DNA of 45,526 bases, taken from the NCBI GenBank assembly GCA_032718475.1, contig JAUCBJ010000039.1, positions 1 to 45,526 on the forward strand. Reading direction: 5' to 3'. A program made the translations under genes and the position numbers. The notes beneath the pieces are model-generated. The model did no database searches, was not told where the DNA came from, and saw only the letters and a list, made by a program, of their open reading frames with translations. This DNA is from Nemertoderma westbladi. Its lineage: Eukaryota > Animalia > Xenacoelomorpha. Below, in pieces: positions 33,058 through 45,300 of this stretch. The number at the start of each line of letters is the position of its first letter. Position 1 is the first letter of the stretch.

Positions 33058-36000
33058 ACACGTTCGTGGGGCCCTCTCGCAGCACCAGACTCGGCTAACA
33101 CGCGAAAGCTGTATTCCGAGTACTTGCTTGCTCTACTATGTACATACTATACTTCAATGGCTTACCTACAGTACTTGTTCTATTTAAGCAATGATGTTCA
33201 TATAGGACACTCCTACCAATTTCCAGATGAATCTAATGATTTGTACTATAATTACAACTACTGTTCACCTACGTTTATGAAATTCCCCCCCCCCCCCCCC
33301 CCCCTCCCCCCTTTAGCAGCAGACAGAGGAACTATAAAAGTCTGCCTGTTCGTAGAATTTCCAATTAAACAATACTCATAGGAGACTCCCACCAAATTTC
33401 AGATCTAATGGTTGGTACTATAATTACACGTTCGTGGGGCCTTCGCGCAGCACGAGGCCCAGTTATTAGATACAAATTAAAATTGAGCGACTGTATCACA
33501 AAATCAGGTTTTGAGAAATTTACCCACACCACCAATCAATCAAAGAAAGGGGGACAGTACGTGTTCACCCCCTTTAATCCCCCCCCCCCCCCCCCCAACC
33601 TTCCCAACCACCAATACATAACCGGGACATCTACCACCCACGGAAGGGTAGCACGAACTTATTTCCAATCGCACGTTAAATATGCAAAGCCAGGTGGTTT
33701 ATAGGAATATAATAAACGCAGTACTCGTTTTCATTATAAGCCTCTTTGCGTTCGTCCTGTTTTGTATTTAAATATATTTCTTAAACGCAGGCTGACGATA
33801 TTTATAATAATAATAACTAGGGATGCGATCAATATGTGAAGCCAGGTGGTTTATATAATAATTTAGTCAACGAGGTACTCGTCTTCATTATATGCCTCGT
33901 TGCGCTCGTCGCTTGTCCTGTTTTGTCATAAAATATTTTTCCTAAACGCAGACTGACGATCTTTATACAGTTATAACTATGCGAAGTTTCGAAACTGTGC
34001 GATACATCTATGTGGAGATGTGTGATATGTGGAGATGTGTGATACAACGCCAACGCATCTTATGCCGATGTAGTAATATGGGTATTGAAATAATATTAAA
34101 TCAATGTACACTCTTAAAGCTGCAGCGAAAAAATGTAGCTAATTTCCTAGGTTACATATAAAATAATAATATTATTTTTAAGAACATTAATTTTACTACT
34201 TTGCAAAAATTCAATTAAAAAATAACCAGACATATACATTGTGGAATAAACTATTTCAGATAAGCCTACACAACAGCCATGCCATGGATGGTATTTATGT
34301 TATTATATCTGTCATTTACCTGAGATAGCAATACAACACTTATAGTAGAGTCAATACAGGAAGGATGTTGGGATGTTGGAATGCTGCCTGGGCTGGAATA
34401 GCAATACTGGTTGCCTATTACAATTTCTCTCTGGTTAGTCTACAGCCACAACTCCAAGCTAGCTCCACACCAGCAGAGACATGACCAATAATCATTCCCA
34501 GCAACTAGCTGCTGCCTTACACACACATCCTTCCATCTTACCAGCATGTTAGCCAATAAATGAGCAGTATTTAATGAGAATCAATTTTTTATGACGTTTT
34601 AATTACTTTAGATCAATTAAAGACACAATTAATAAAGCAAATCACTTGAACTAATTAAAAACTATAATAGAATGGGGTATGTGGATTACATCTGTATAAT
34701 TTTTAATTATAATTATTTAAATCTTATACTGTAAAACAATTAATTTCCTTTAAAAGGCAGGTTGAAAATGGTGTTTTTACCGTAATAACTTAATTAACTA
34801 ATTAACTGCTATTATCTTAGCTTCTCGAAGGCCACAAGGAAATTCTACTTGGAAAATTTCTAAACTTTTGCCAAACAACATGTGTACCAAGTTTGGATAG
34901 ATTTCATCAAAGATTGGCCGAGTTATTAACGTTTAAAATTGAACACTGCAAAAAAAGCGACAGAACGACAGAACGACACGTTCGTGGGGCCTTCGCGCAG
35001 CACGAGGCCCAGTTATTAGATACAAATTAAAATTGAGCGACTGTATCACAAAATCAGGTTTTGAGAAATTTACCCACACCACCAATCAATCAAAGAAAGG
35101 GGGACAGTACGTGTTCACCCCTTTTAATCTCCCCCCCCCCCCCCCCCCACCCTTCCCAACCACCAATACATAACCGCGACATCTACCACCCACGGAAGGG
35201 TAGCACGAACTTATTTCCAATCGCACGTTAAATATGCAAAGCCAGGTGGTTTATAGGAATATAATAAACGCAGTACTCGTTTTCATTATAAGCCTCTTTG
35301 CGTTCGTCCTGTTTTGTATTTAAATATATTTCTTAAACGCAGGCTAGGACGATCTTTATAATAATAATAACTAGGGATGCGATCAATATGTGAAGCCAGG
35401 TGGTTTATATAATAATTTAGTCAACGCAGTACTCGTCTTCATTATATGCCTCGTTGCGCTCGTCGCTTGTCCTGTTTTGTCATAAAATATTTTTCCTAAA
35501 CGCAGACTGACGATCTTTATACAGTTATAACTATGCGAAGTTTCGAAACTGTGCGAGTAACTGTTGATACATCTATGTGGAGATGTGTGATATGTGGAGA
35601 TGTGTGATACAACGCCAACGCATCTTATGCCGATGTAGTAATATGGGTATTGAAATAATATTAAATCAATGTACACTCTTAAAGCTGCAGCGAAAAAATG
35701 TAGCTAATTTCCTAGGTTACATATAAAATAATAATATTATTTTTAAGAACATTAATTTTACTACTTTGCAAAAATTCAATTAAAAAATAACCAGACATAT
35801 ACATTGTGGAATAAACTATTTCAGAAGCCTACAACAGCCATGCCATGGATGGTATTTATGTTATTATATCTGTCATTTACCTGAGATAGCAATACAACAC
35901 TTATAGTAGAGTCAATGTTGGGATGTTGGATTTAAAGAATGCTGTCTGGGCTGGAATAGCAATACTGGTTGCCTATTACTATTCCTCTCTGGTTAGTCTA

Positions 36001-37212
36001 CAGCCACAACTCCCAGCTAGCTCCACACCAGCAGAGACTTGACCAATAATCATTCCCAGCAACTGGCTGCCTTAACACACATCCTTCCATCTATGTACCA
36101 GCATGTTGGCCAATAAATGAGCAGTATTTAATGAGAATCAATTTTTTACGCCGTTTTAATTACTTTAGATCAATTAAAGACACAATTATTAAAGCAAATC
36201 ACTTGAACTAATTAAAAACTATAATAGAATGGCGTATGTGGATTACATCTGTATAATTTTTAAGTATAATTATTTAAATCTTATACTGTAAAACAATTAA
36301 TTTCCTTTAAAAGGCAGGTTGAAAATGGTGTTTTTACCGTAATCAACTTAATTAACTAATTAACTGCTATTATCTTAGCTTCTCGAAGGCCACACGGAAA
36401 TTCTACTTGGAAAATTTCTAAACTTTTGCCAAACAACATGTGTACCAAGTTTGGATAGATTTCATCAAAGATTGGCCGAGTTATTAACGTTTAAAATTGA
36501 GACGCGACAGAACGACAGAACGGACAGGTTGATTAATGGTACCACTACGCTAAGGCTCACTCACTTCGTGGCTCGCCCCACAGAACGACACGTTCGTGGG
36601 GCCTTCGCGCAGCACGAGGCCCAGTTATGAGATACAAATTAAAATTGAGCGACTGTATCACAAAATCAGGTTTTGAGAAATTTACCCACACCACCAATCA
36701 ATCAAAGAAAGGGGGACAGTACGTGTTCACCCCTTTTAATCCCCCCCCCCCCCCCCACCCTTCCCAACCACCAATACATAACCGCGACATCTACCACCCA
36801 CGGAAGGGTAGCACGAACTTATTTCCAATCGCACGTTCAATATGCAAAGCCAGGTGGTTTATAGGAATATAATAAACGCAGTACTCGTATTCATTATAAG
36901 CCTCGTTGCGTTCGTCCTGTTTTGTATTTAAATATATTTCTTAAACGCAGGCTAGGACGTTCTTTATAATAATAATAACTAGGGATGCGATCAATATGTG
37001 AAGCCAGGTGGTTTATATAATAATTTAGTCAACGCAGTACTCGTCTTCATTATATGCCTCGTTGCCCTCGTCGCTTGTCCTGTTTTGTTATAAAATATTT
37101 TTCCTAAACGCAGACTGACGATCTTTATACAGTTATAACTATGCGAAGTTTCGAAACTGTGCGAGTAACTGTTGATACATCTATGTGGATATGTGTGATA
37201 TGTGGAGATGTG
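33058..37212 (-). mobile_element. Head-to-tail array of Helentron/DINE-like non-autonomous units (~1.55-1.6 kb; two near-complete, one partial, plus a diverged fragment)
   Basis: Units start acacgttcgtggggccttcgcgcagcacgagg at ~33427, ~34977 and ~36588, with a related start at ~33058; subterminal gtggggc/gccccac inverted motif, small hairpin, (gacagaac)n microsatellite; no coding capacity. Confidence 0.7.
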
Positions 37213-37418
37213 TAGTATGCCGGGCCGGGTACCGTAGTACAGTACCGGTCAGTACCGGTACCATACTGTACTACAGGTAGGTAGTACATTATATATATAC
37301 CACACTACTTCCTTCCTAACAAACCACTTAACAAATAATGCTAATAATAATCACAGCTAATAAGTTTGAGTCTAATATACATCCCATCTTCCACCTAAAA
37401 AAAACTATGAGAAAATTT

Positions 37419-37942
37419 TGTAAAAGCCTTTGCTGAATTGCCCCGTTATTTTTCTTATTTTTCCATTAAAATACTCTGTAGTTGATTTAATAGGCGTAAG
37501 AGACCGTATTATTGCTGTATCGGTGTTTTTTTTAGAGGATCTAAGAGCTATTTCCTCCGTATGTGTACTGTGGAAGGCATAGTTGATGATTCTATGGCAA
37601 TTCTGTGATGCAAAAGGGGCTAGATACTCTTGAACAGTAGTTACTATGACGACGGTTAACAGCTGATATTCATATGTGTCGATTTTCTTTGTTCTACGGC
37701 ATCTCTCAGTTCAGTCAACCAATCAGAGCGTTTTTACTGTTCTTGTGCAGAAATTTCCTAGAAATCACGCAATGCTTTATGGGCAGTGTTATCATTCTGT
37801 CCTGAGCCAGGAAGAACGGCTTTGGAATATTTTGTGCTGTTCTGCTTTTAGCCTAACACTAGTAGGCTTAATTATAAGGACATATATCCGTTATCTGCAT
37901 GTACCATACACACTGGGTAACTCAATGGTTAACAACTTACTC
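37419..37942 (+). mobile_element. 5' half of an older, more diverged BEL-family LTR, interrupted by element 2
   Basis: Starts TGTAAAAGCCTTTGC; contains cagctgat, ccaatcagagcg, cgcaatgc, ctgagcc and ttggaat in the same order as the solo LTR. Confidence 0.75.
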
Positions 37943-39171
37943 TGTTCGCGCTTTTGAAGACCTTTAGCAGTTTAACCTGCCAAAATTTATATGTCTTTTA
38001 GTTAATTAACACACCTTTAGCATACGACAATATTTTATGCTAATAAACAAAACATTAGCCGAAGCCAGCCCATGCGCGATCATTCACCCGATGGATCTAC
38101 ACCCGGGAGGCTGAATTCGGATGCTTAGATTTTATTATTGCAGTGTAAGGTTGCAGTGTAAACCTATTGTATTATTCGATAGATCACTAATATGTAATTT
38201 CTGACAGATATTATTAACTTTCGGGAAATATTAACAGTTCCTTTAGGACGTGGCGCTCTATCTATTTAAACAGAGCTAGGACTTATACTAAACGCAACGA
38301 TAAGGCTTATGATTAAAGTATAAGTCGCATTCTTTAGGAAATGCTTTGTTACCAGTCACATCACACTCACAATCATGCACACTATTCTGCCGACCGTCAG
38401 TATATTTGATCACACATAAAGAGAACAGCAATTGACTCAGGTAGTGTCTACTAAATAACATTAGATTCAATACACACCACATTGATATAAATCGCAATTG
38501 TTATATATAGCCCGCCTCTCTAACCTGTAGTGTATCAAGAAAATTGGGAATTTGGGTGATTTATCCGTATTCTCCAAAGAGCAATATTTCCATCAACAAA
38601 TAGATACAATTAATAACTGACGGTAAATAGCAGTACAAACAATATGATTAGTGCAGTTAAATTAAGTGAGGTAACACCGCCGGTAACAGTTATACTTTCT
38701 ATAATCTAAGCAGTTTTACTAGAGTTCTTAGAGCCGGTGTTTCTGGCTTAGACAGCAATAACAACAAAGTATCAAGTAAAAACAGTAAGACTGAACACTC
38801 TCCTTATGATCGGCCGAAAAGCTACACGTCGACAGGAAAAAACGCTCTGATTGGCTCAAGCCAAACAAAGAACCATGCATCCAATGGCTGTTTCCATGTC
38901 AGCAACCAGCTGTTAGATGTCGTAATATGAATCATCACGGCTAAGCTGTGAAAGGTATTTGGTGCATTGCAGGTTTTTTGCCTTACCATGTCCGCTAAAA
39001 CACGTATATAGCAGAATGACTTTTATGTCCGTTAAAACACCTGTAACGGTACCTTGCGGGCGAGGGGAATATATATACAGTTAGAGAACCTTTTTAGAGT
39101 ATTCCAGCGCCTGGGGGGAAACTGGATTGCGAAGCAAAAGGGGCCAGTTATATCCCACAGAAGCTTTTACA
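37943..39171 (-). repeat. 3' LTR of BEL element 2 (1229 bp)
   Basis: Plus tgttcgcg...cttttaca followed by ccgctccca; shares conserved blocks with the other LTRs but is clearly diverged. Confidence 0.93.
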
Positions 39172-39249
39172 CCGCTCCCAGAAAATGGGATTTAAGTCTA
39201 TAAAATATACAAAATCACAGTTTCTAAAATATAAAAATACTCTAAACAG

Positions 39250-40701
39250 TTAGTCTTTCTTGCGCGGACGGCGTTTACGCAGTTTTTTAAAGCTAGCAAG
39301 AGTCCTTTTCTCTTTGGGGCGAGCCACTTTACGAGGAGGGCTATAACTCCTGGGTGAAGGGTGCAATATGATTGCATCAGAAGGTATGGGATTGCGATCG
39401 GTATATCCGCCGGTCGAAGTACCGGGTTGATTGACATCAACGTCCGGGGAGAGGGGTCTAACGGCTTTGAGAGCTCGTTTCAAGACAGCCGCTCTTACGG
39501 GTCCTTTACGAGTGGTCTGAACGAGGGCCGTGGGTGGACCATAGGCAGTTAGAAACTTCCTTGGTTTAATGGTTCTTTCCAACTCGCGTTCGCGGGCTCG
39601 GTATTCGTAAGGCCGTCGATATACTTCCTGTAACTCGGGGTGTGAGTTGACAAACAATTCTCCATAGTCCGGATCCTGACGGATATGATTGATTAAGTTA
39701 TAGGAATGAAGGTCGCTAGGATTAACACTCCTGAGAAATTTGCGTACGAATTTGGTTGAAATACATTCTCCGACGCGCTTCAGTAGCTCGTAACTTGATA
39801 TGCGTGATTTCTGTTCAACCGAAGCGAATAGATAAGGATGTAACGCATAAACTCTTTCGTAAGCGCGTCCGGGATAATAGCGATGGCGCGAATCACAATA
39901 TAAATCAGTGTTCGCTTCCCAAGCTCTGATGTAACGTAGTGTGATCATTTCATCTACGCTCTCTAAATCATGATTAAAGGGACAATCAAAGCTGGCGTGT
40001 CCTTTTTTTTTTTGACAATGATGGCATTGAGTCATAAATTGAGGGCAAACCGCAAAAATGTGCAAATTATTAAATCTGCAATACGCGCAATAAATTTCCA
40101 TCGCCGGTTGTTCGGGGAAATAGGAACAGCGGACGTTTGTGTCCATGGGCGTAACATGGTCTCTCGATGCGCATAACCGACAACGTTGCCGAGAAACATA
40201 GTTGGCATGGCGATAATCGTACGCAGTGAGACACTGTGGACCTTGATACCATTCCAGGATGTAATCGTTGTCGCTGTTCCGAGCGCGATAGGCTGAATCT
40301 CCTCAGATTCTAGGCATATTGGTTCGTCTTCCCAGTCTGTTACGAATAGAATTTTCGTGATCTATTCTCGATTTATCGTTACGACGCCGCTGGGTATGAT
40401 ATTTAAATAGAACCATTTCCCTTTCGGTGTCTACATCATCCGTATCATGTAAATCGATAGGATGGCCGGTAGTTAGGAGGTCCATATACGTATTATTACG
40501 ATGCGTATAGCGAGCGGTGAATTTTCGATAGTCCAATTCACGCGTAAGTTGCTCTTGGGACGTCGGCGGTTCGATATAACGACCATCGTCCTCCGTAATG
40601 GTTGGATCGGTTTCACCGCGTATCAAGCTATCCACAAATGCTTGTAAAGGTAGAGTATATCGCTCCCTGATACCAAGATCATCTTCTATCAACTCCGTCA
40701 T
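39250..40701 (-). pseudogene. Accessory 3' ORF of element 2 (483 codons, one in-frame TGA at 40303-40305) with three CCHC zinc-knuckle-like motifs
   Basis: 40701-40303 and 40146-39250 are the same frame with no other stop; CRLCASRDHVTPMDTNVRC, CAYCRFNNLHIFAVC, CHHCQKKKGHASFDC; C-terminal KKLRKRRPRKKD. Confidence 0.88.
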
Positions 40702-42322
40702 ATTTGCTATCTGAGTTTGTTAATATCGAAATGAGTTTATGTTTAGGCGAGCGGACGTCGCTGCCTACCTCTCTTTGCCCCCGGACAGTGGGATCCTCAG
40801 CGCCGATGTACCGTTGTCGCGGTGTTTACGCCAACATGTAGCAACATTACGACAACGATAACCGGCACAAGTCACTCCACTGTCCGTCCCAAAGGCTTGA
40901 ATCCACTTTAGGTTCTTTCTATAGGAGAGTTGGGTTACTTTCACAATTGCGACTAGCTACTGTAAACACACCTTAGCAGTAACATTCACCTACAAACGCA
41001 CAAATTCCACACAACTGTCACCAATTGTACACATACAGGCCATTTGTCCGTTAGTCAGTGCCTTCCAGAATGTCACGTTATTACTGTGTATCCTTGGATA
41101 CTAACAGTGTGCTATATTCTCTATGCTATGCAATGGGACAAGCTTTCTATTGTTCTTTTAACTTGCTTCTAATTCTAGCGTGGGTGTTGCTATGGTGACA
41201 TTATGGAAAGCTAGCGGTAGAATTAGGGCAATTCTCATGCATACAGATCTGGGATGTTATTTAATAGTAATTCTTTAATTGTCAATATCCTCTTTATGCA
41301 TGATTTTATAAATTTTATCGGCTATTGACTATATGTTGGAGATTCTCACACTCTAGTACACTCAATATGAATCTCCGCTCCCATGATCTATTAATTACTG
41401 GCATTTTGGGAATGTTATAAATTGTACAAAATGACAATTTATGAAATTCATTTGAATATGAATTTAAATTTATTCCCTTGAATTTTATTATTTGATGTTA
41501 AATTGACACAAATTTTATTCCAGAGCATATCTGGGGACTTAGGATCCTTAATTCTATAAAATAGTCCTTCTAAGAATATCGGTAAATACTGCGATATCTT
41601 AATTGACTAGAAATTTTAAAGGATCGGGATTTTACAGATTTTAATAAATATTAAATTAATATTTAGGATGGGCACCGATTTATTCCAGAACTTGTCTGGG
41701 GACGTTAACCACTGATTCTAGAATTTGTCTTTCAAGTATATCGGTGGGTGCCACGATATCTTAATCGACTAGAATTACAGATGGTCAAAAGTTTAACAGA
41801 TTTATTTGCGATTTACGCTACTGTTAGAGGGACATCACGCTACTATATGTATTATTTGTTACAAGGTAGAAGAGCAATATCGCACGAAGCAATGTCAGTG
41901 TGAAGAGGCAAGTCGTTTCCAAGGTCTACCCAGAGCTTGGTTTAGCCGAGACACGAGGATCTGAACTTTGCATTCCTAATACTCTGCCTACCAATAATAC
42001 TTAAATATAGTAGTGGCTTTATTGTACTTTAATAAGTACTGACATGTCATCTTACTATAGTCTCGCATTTATAATATAATACGGACAGTAAGGAAAGAGA
42101 AAAATAATTATTTCTTGCCGTCGCACTAAATATATTGTAAGTAATTAAGTACGTAATAAACACTAATATATTGCACTAATTTACTAAATAATCCCTAAAA
42201 TAACATTCTACCAAATAAAATTAAAGAAAACGATTATAATAATATTACATAATAATACATACATAAATATAAAATAAAAACAAATATAAAATGATATAGT
42301 CACACACCCACTCCATATGTTA
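40702..42322 (-). ncRNA. Uninterrupted 1.62-kb structured non-coding spacer between pol and the accessory ORF, including motif copies B1 (~41503-41640) and B2 (~41671-41803)
   Basis: No long ORF; many 7-11-bp stems conserved with element 1, some with compensatory changes. Confidence 0.6.
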
Positions 42323-45300
42323 TTACGTTATGGAGTCCCTAGATATTTGTCGGATTAGGGAAGTGGTCGTAGGAAGAGTATCTTGCCTTCCATAGTTTCC
42401 GGACAGTTTTTGGTCTCTTTCCAGTAAACATAAACGACCAGCTGGGCGATTGAGTTGTTGTGTTACTTTCTCCGATCCCTTGGCCTGTCTAATCTCCGCC
42501 GGGGTAAGATGAGGAGGCCATTCTTCTTCTTCTTTACTTAAGAAGTCGGATCCACCTAACCAGCCTGGAGTATCTATTAGTTCTTGAGGAGTTGCTCCTC
42601 TGGAAACGATGTCGGCTGGATTAATCGTCCCAAGGCAATGTCTCCATTGATCTATATTGGAGTTAATATCGTCATTATCTGAGGAGTATGGTGTTCCCTC
42701 AGTTGGATCGTCTACATCACTGCTCTCCACTTCCCATTCCTTTACTTGGTATACCTGTTGTTGAGGTAATCTCTCTTTGAGAGTTCTACGGGAAGGGCCA
42801 GTGAAGTACCAACCTACTCTAGTTCTTACCGCATAGGTTTGCAGTGGCTGCGGTTGAGCAGGCCGTTTCTCCAATGTCTCGAGCGCCTCATGCGCGTTTT
42901 GGCCGATGAGTATTTGCACTCCAGGATAATCTGTTTGGAATCGAGGTACCTTAAGATGTTGGATGCTCTCATCTTCGTCCAAATTATATAGGTCTGCTTG
43001 AGTAGTAGCGAAGTTCTTTATAGCCACCATTTTTACCGATCTGATACCTTGTGATCCTGATTTATCCTGGGGAGTGGACAACACACCTACATAGTAATCT
43101 GCCGTTAGGGTAGATTTCCAAACCTGCATGATTCCTGACATATTCAATTTTGTCCGGAATTTGGGTTGTCCAGCAAAGATGTCTTCGGCTAATTCTTGAT
43201 CTATGAATGTTCCTGTGCTGCCGGAGTCAAGGAGTGCATTCACTATGTAACTGTGGTTTGGTCCGTGAACTCTTACTTGCACTACAGGAAATTCTCTGAT
43301 TCCTACATTGGAAGTTGGAGTTTTCCAAGATGGTTGTTTGTCAAAAGTAGTTGGGGGAAACTCATTGGTGGTGTCTTTTTCGTAAGTAAGTGCTCGATAC
43401 ACCGCGGTATTGATTAGATAACAGGATTCGTTGGCATCGGAGAATTCGTCCGTATAGAATCCTTCCCACTCAGAACTTTGGTCAGTGTCGTTCACATCAC
43501 TGAATTGGACATGTGATTTGGGCTCACTTACCTGACTCGGGCTGTTTCGTTCGAATTCCGTGTGTAACAAGCTATGATGTTTCGCGCCGCACTTAGCACA
43601 CCTTGCGTCAGAGTAACAGGTTCGCCGCTGGTGTCCGCGTCTGAGACAGTTATAACATAACCGCTTATCCCACAGGACTCCACGTCTATCTGCCATGGAT
43701 TTCTTTAGGAATTCTGCACACGCACTCAAACGGTGGGGCCCGTCGCACAGCGCACATTTTGGTTTGATGTTACTCACCTTAACTTGGTTAACGTTCTGCA
43801 CTCTCGTTCTTTCTTCGGGCTTTCTTCCGTGAATTCTCTTAGGAGACGTAGGAGGAGTTGTTGTTACCTGTTCTCTCCTGTCACTGGTTCGAGACTTGTA
43901 TTTACTTACGTCTTTATAGGTCTTGTTGTCATAGTAAGATCGTTCGGTGTCTTTCCCGCTGTCCTCTTCTTGAGAAGCTTGGCTTTCGCCGTCGTCAGTA
44001 TAACACACTGGTATTATCCTTCTCCTAGAAACGGGTTTCTCACTTACCTTATTTTCCGATGTTTTCTCTCTGGACTGCCTTATGAGTTGTAATTTTACTT
44101 CACTATCTAAGAAGGACATGAGATCAGCCATGGTAGGGCTTCGGCGTTGTTGTTCATTCATGTACAACACTTTCTTGTCCCAGCGCGTACATACTCCACC
44201 CTTTGGTAAAGTAGAGACTACGGCTCCAATGACCATGGAACTCTGATATTCATGCGACTTACCTAACCAGTCCAGTTGTCTACAGATCTCTTGAATTTCA
44301 TCGGAAAACTCTATAATCCCGCTACTAAGGAAGTGTCGGGGGGCTACTAATTTTGCATACAAATACTTAGCTATGTTATCCTTGTTACCATACCTGATGT
44401 TTAATGTATCCCAAACTTGTCTTAATCCATCTGGATGTCCAATAAACTTTAACGCCATTAACTTGGGAGGTCCTTCCAAGCACTTGATGAGGAATCTAAG
44501 TTTTTCTCCGTTAGATAGTACAGAGTTCTGTATGCTATCTTTGTAATATTCGTTGAAAGGTAACCATTTCATCTCATCTCCATTGAATTTGACGATCTCT
44601 CCCACTTTGACCGCTTGGCGGGCTTCTGTTCTAGCCATCTGACGCGTAAAGCTTTCTTGGGCCATCGTGTTATTTAATATCGAATTATCGGTATACAAAT
44701 TTCTCGGATCATTATCAGGTCTATAGGGAATATCATTAATAACAGGTCTATAATCACCCTTAATAGGGTTTGTTATAGGAGTTTCAACTTCACTAGCAGT
44801 ATAGATGCGTGTAGGTTCCACACCTTGCGCATGTAATACTTCAGACCTAACAGGTTGACACAATGTTACAGGGGGTATTGGTATGCCCTTTTGTATATTG
44901 ACTAATTTATCGCGTTCTAGTGCGATACTTTGCTGCACTTCTTGCAACTCTGCTCTACCTTCCCTCACTGTTCCCTTAAGTTGGTGGACAGTCTCCTGCA
45001 TCTGTCCTAGCAGGAGATTCATCCCCCGCCGTCCCTCTTCCACCCACTCAACCGCCGAAGCAGGAGTCGCCAACATAGTAGCGGGCTGACGCGGGACGAC
45101 GGGAGACAAATTATTGATTTCTCTCTCTGCTATCTGGACAGGGGTATTTGCATGGACTGCTCCACCGGGTACAGGCAGTGTAGTACTATGCAAAGGGAAT
45201 TTAGAGTTAAGCTCTGGAAGTACAGGGGTCTCTAACACAGGGGTGACTTTGGGAACGACAGGCCTAATTATTTCAGGCTCATCAACTATAGTAGGGAGTC

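Noticed and set aside
33124-36872. Short poly-Pro ORFs
   Set aside because: They arise from variable-length poly-C tracts in the tandem units, and the frames are not conserved between units.
42440-42680. Splicing as the origin of the element 2 deletions
   Set aside because: Junctions lack matching GT...AG boundaries, and one has a 9-nt filler.
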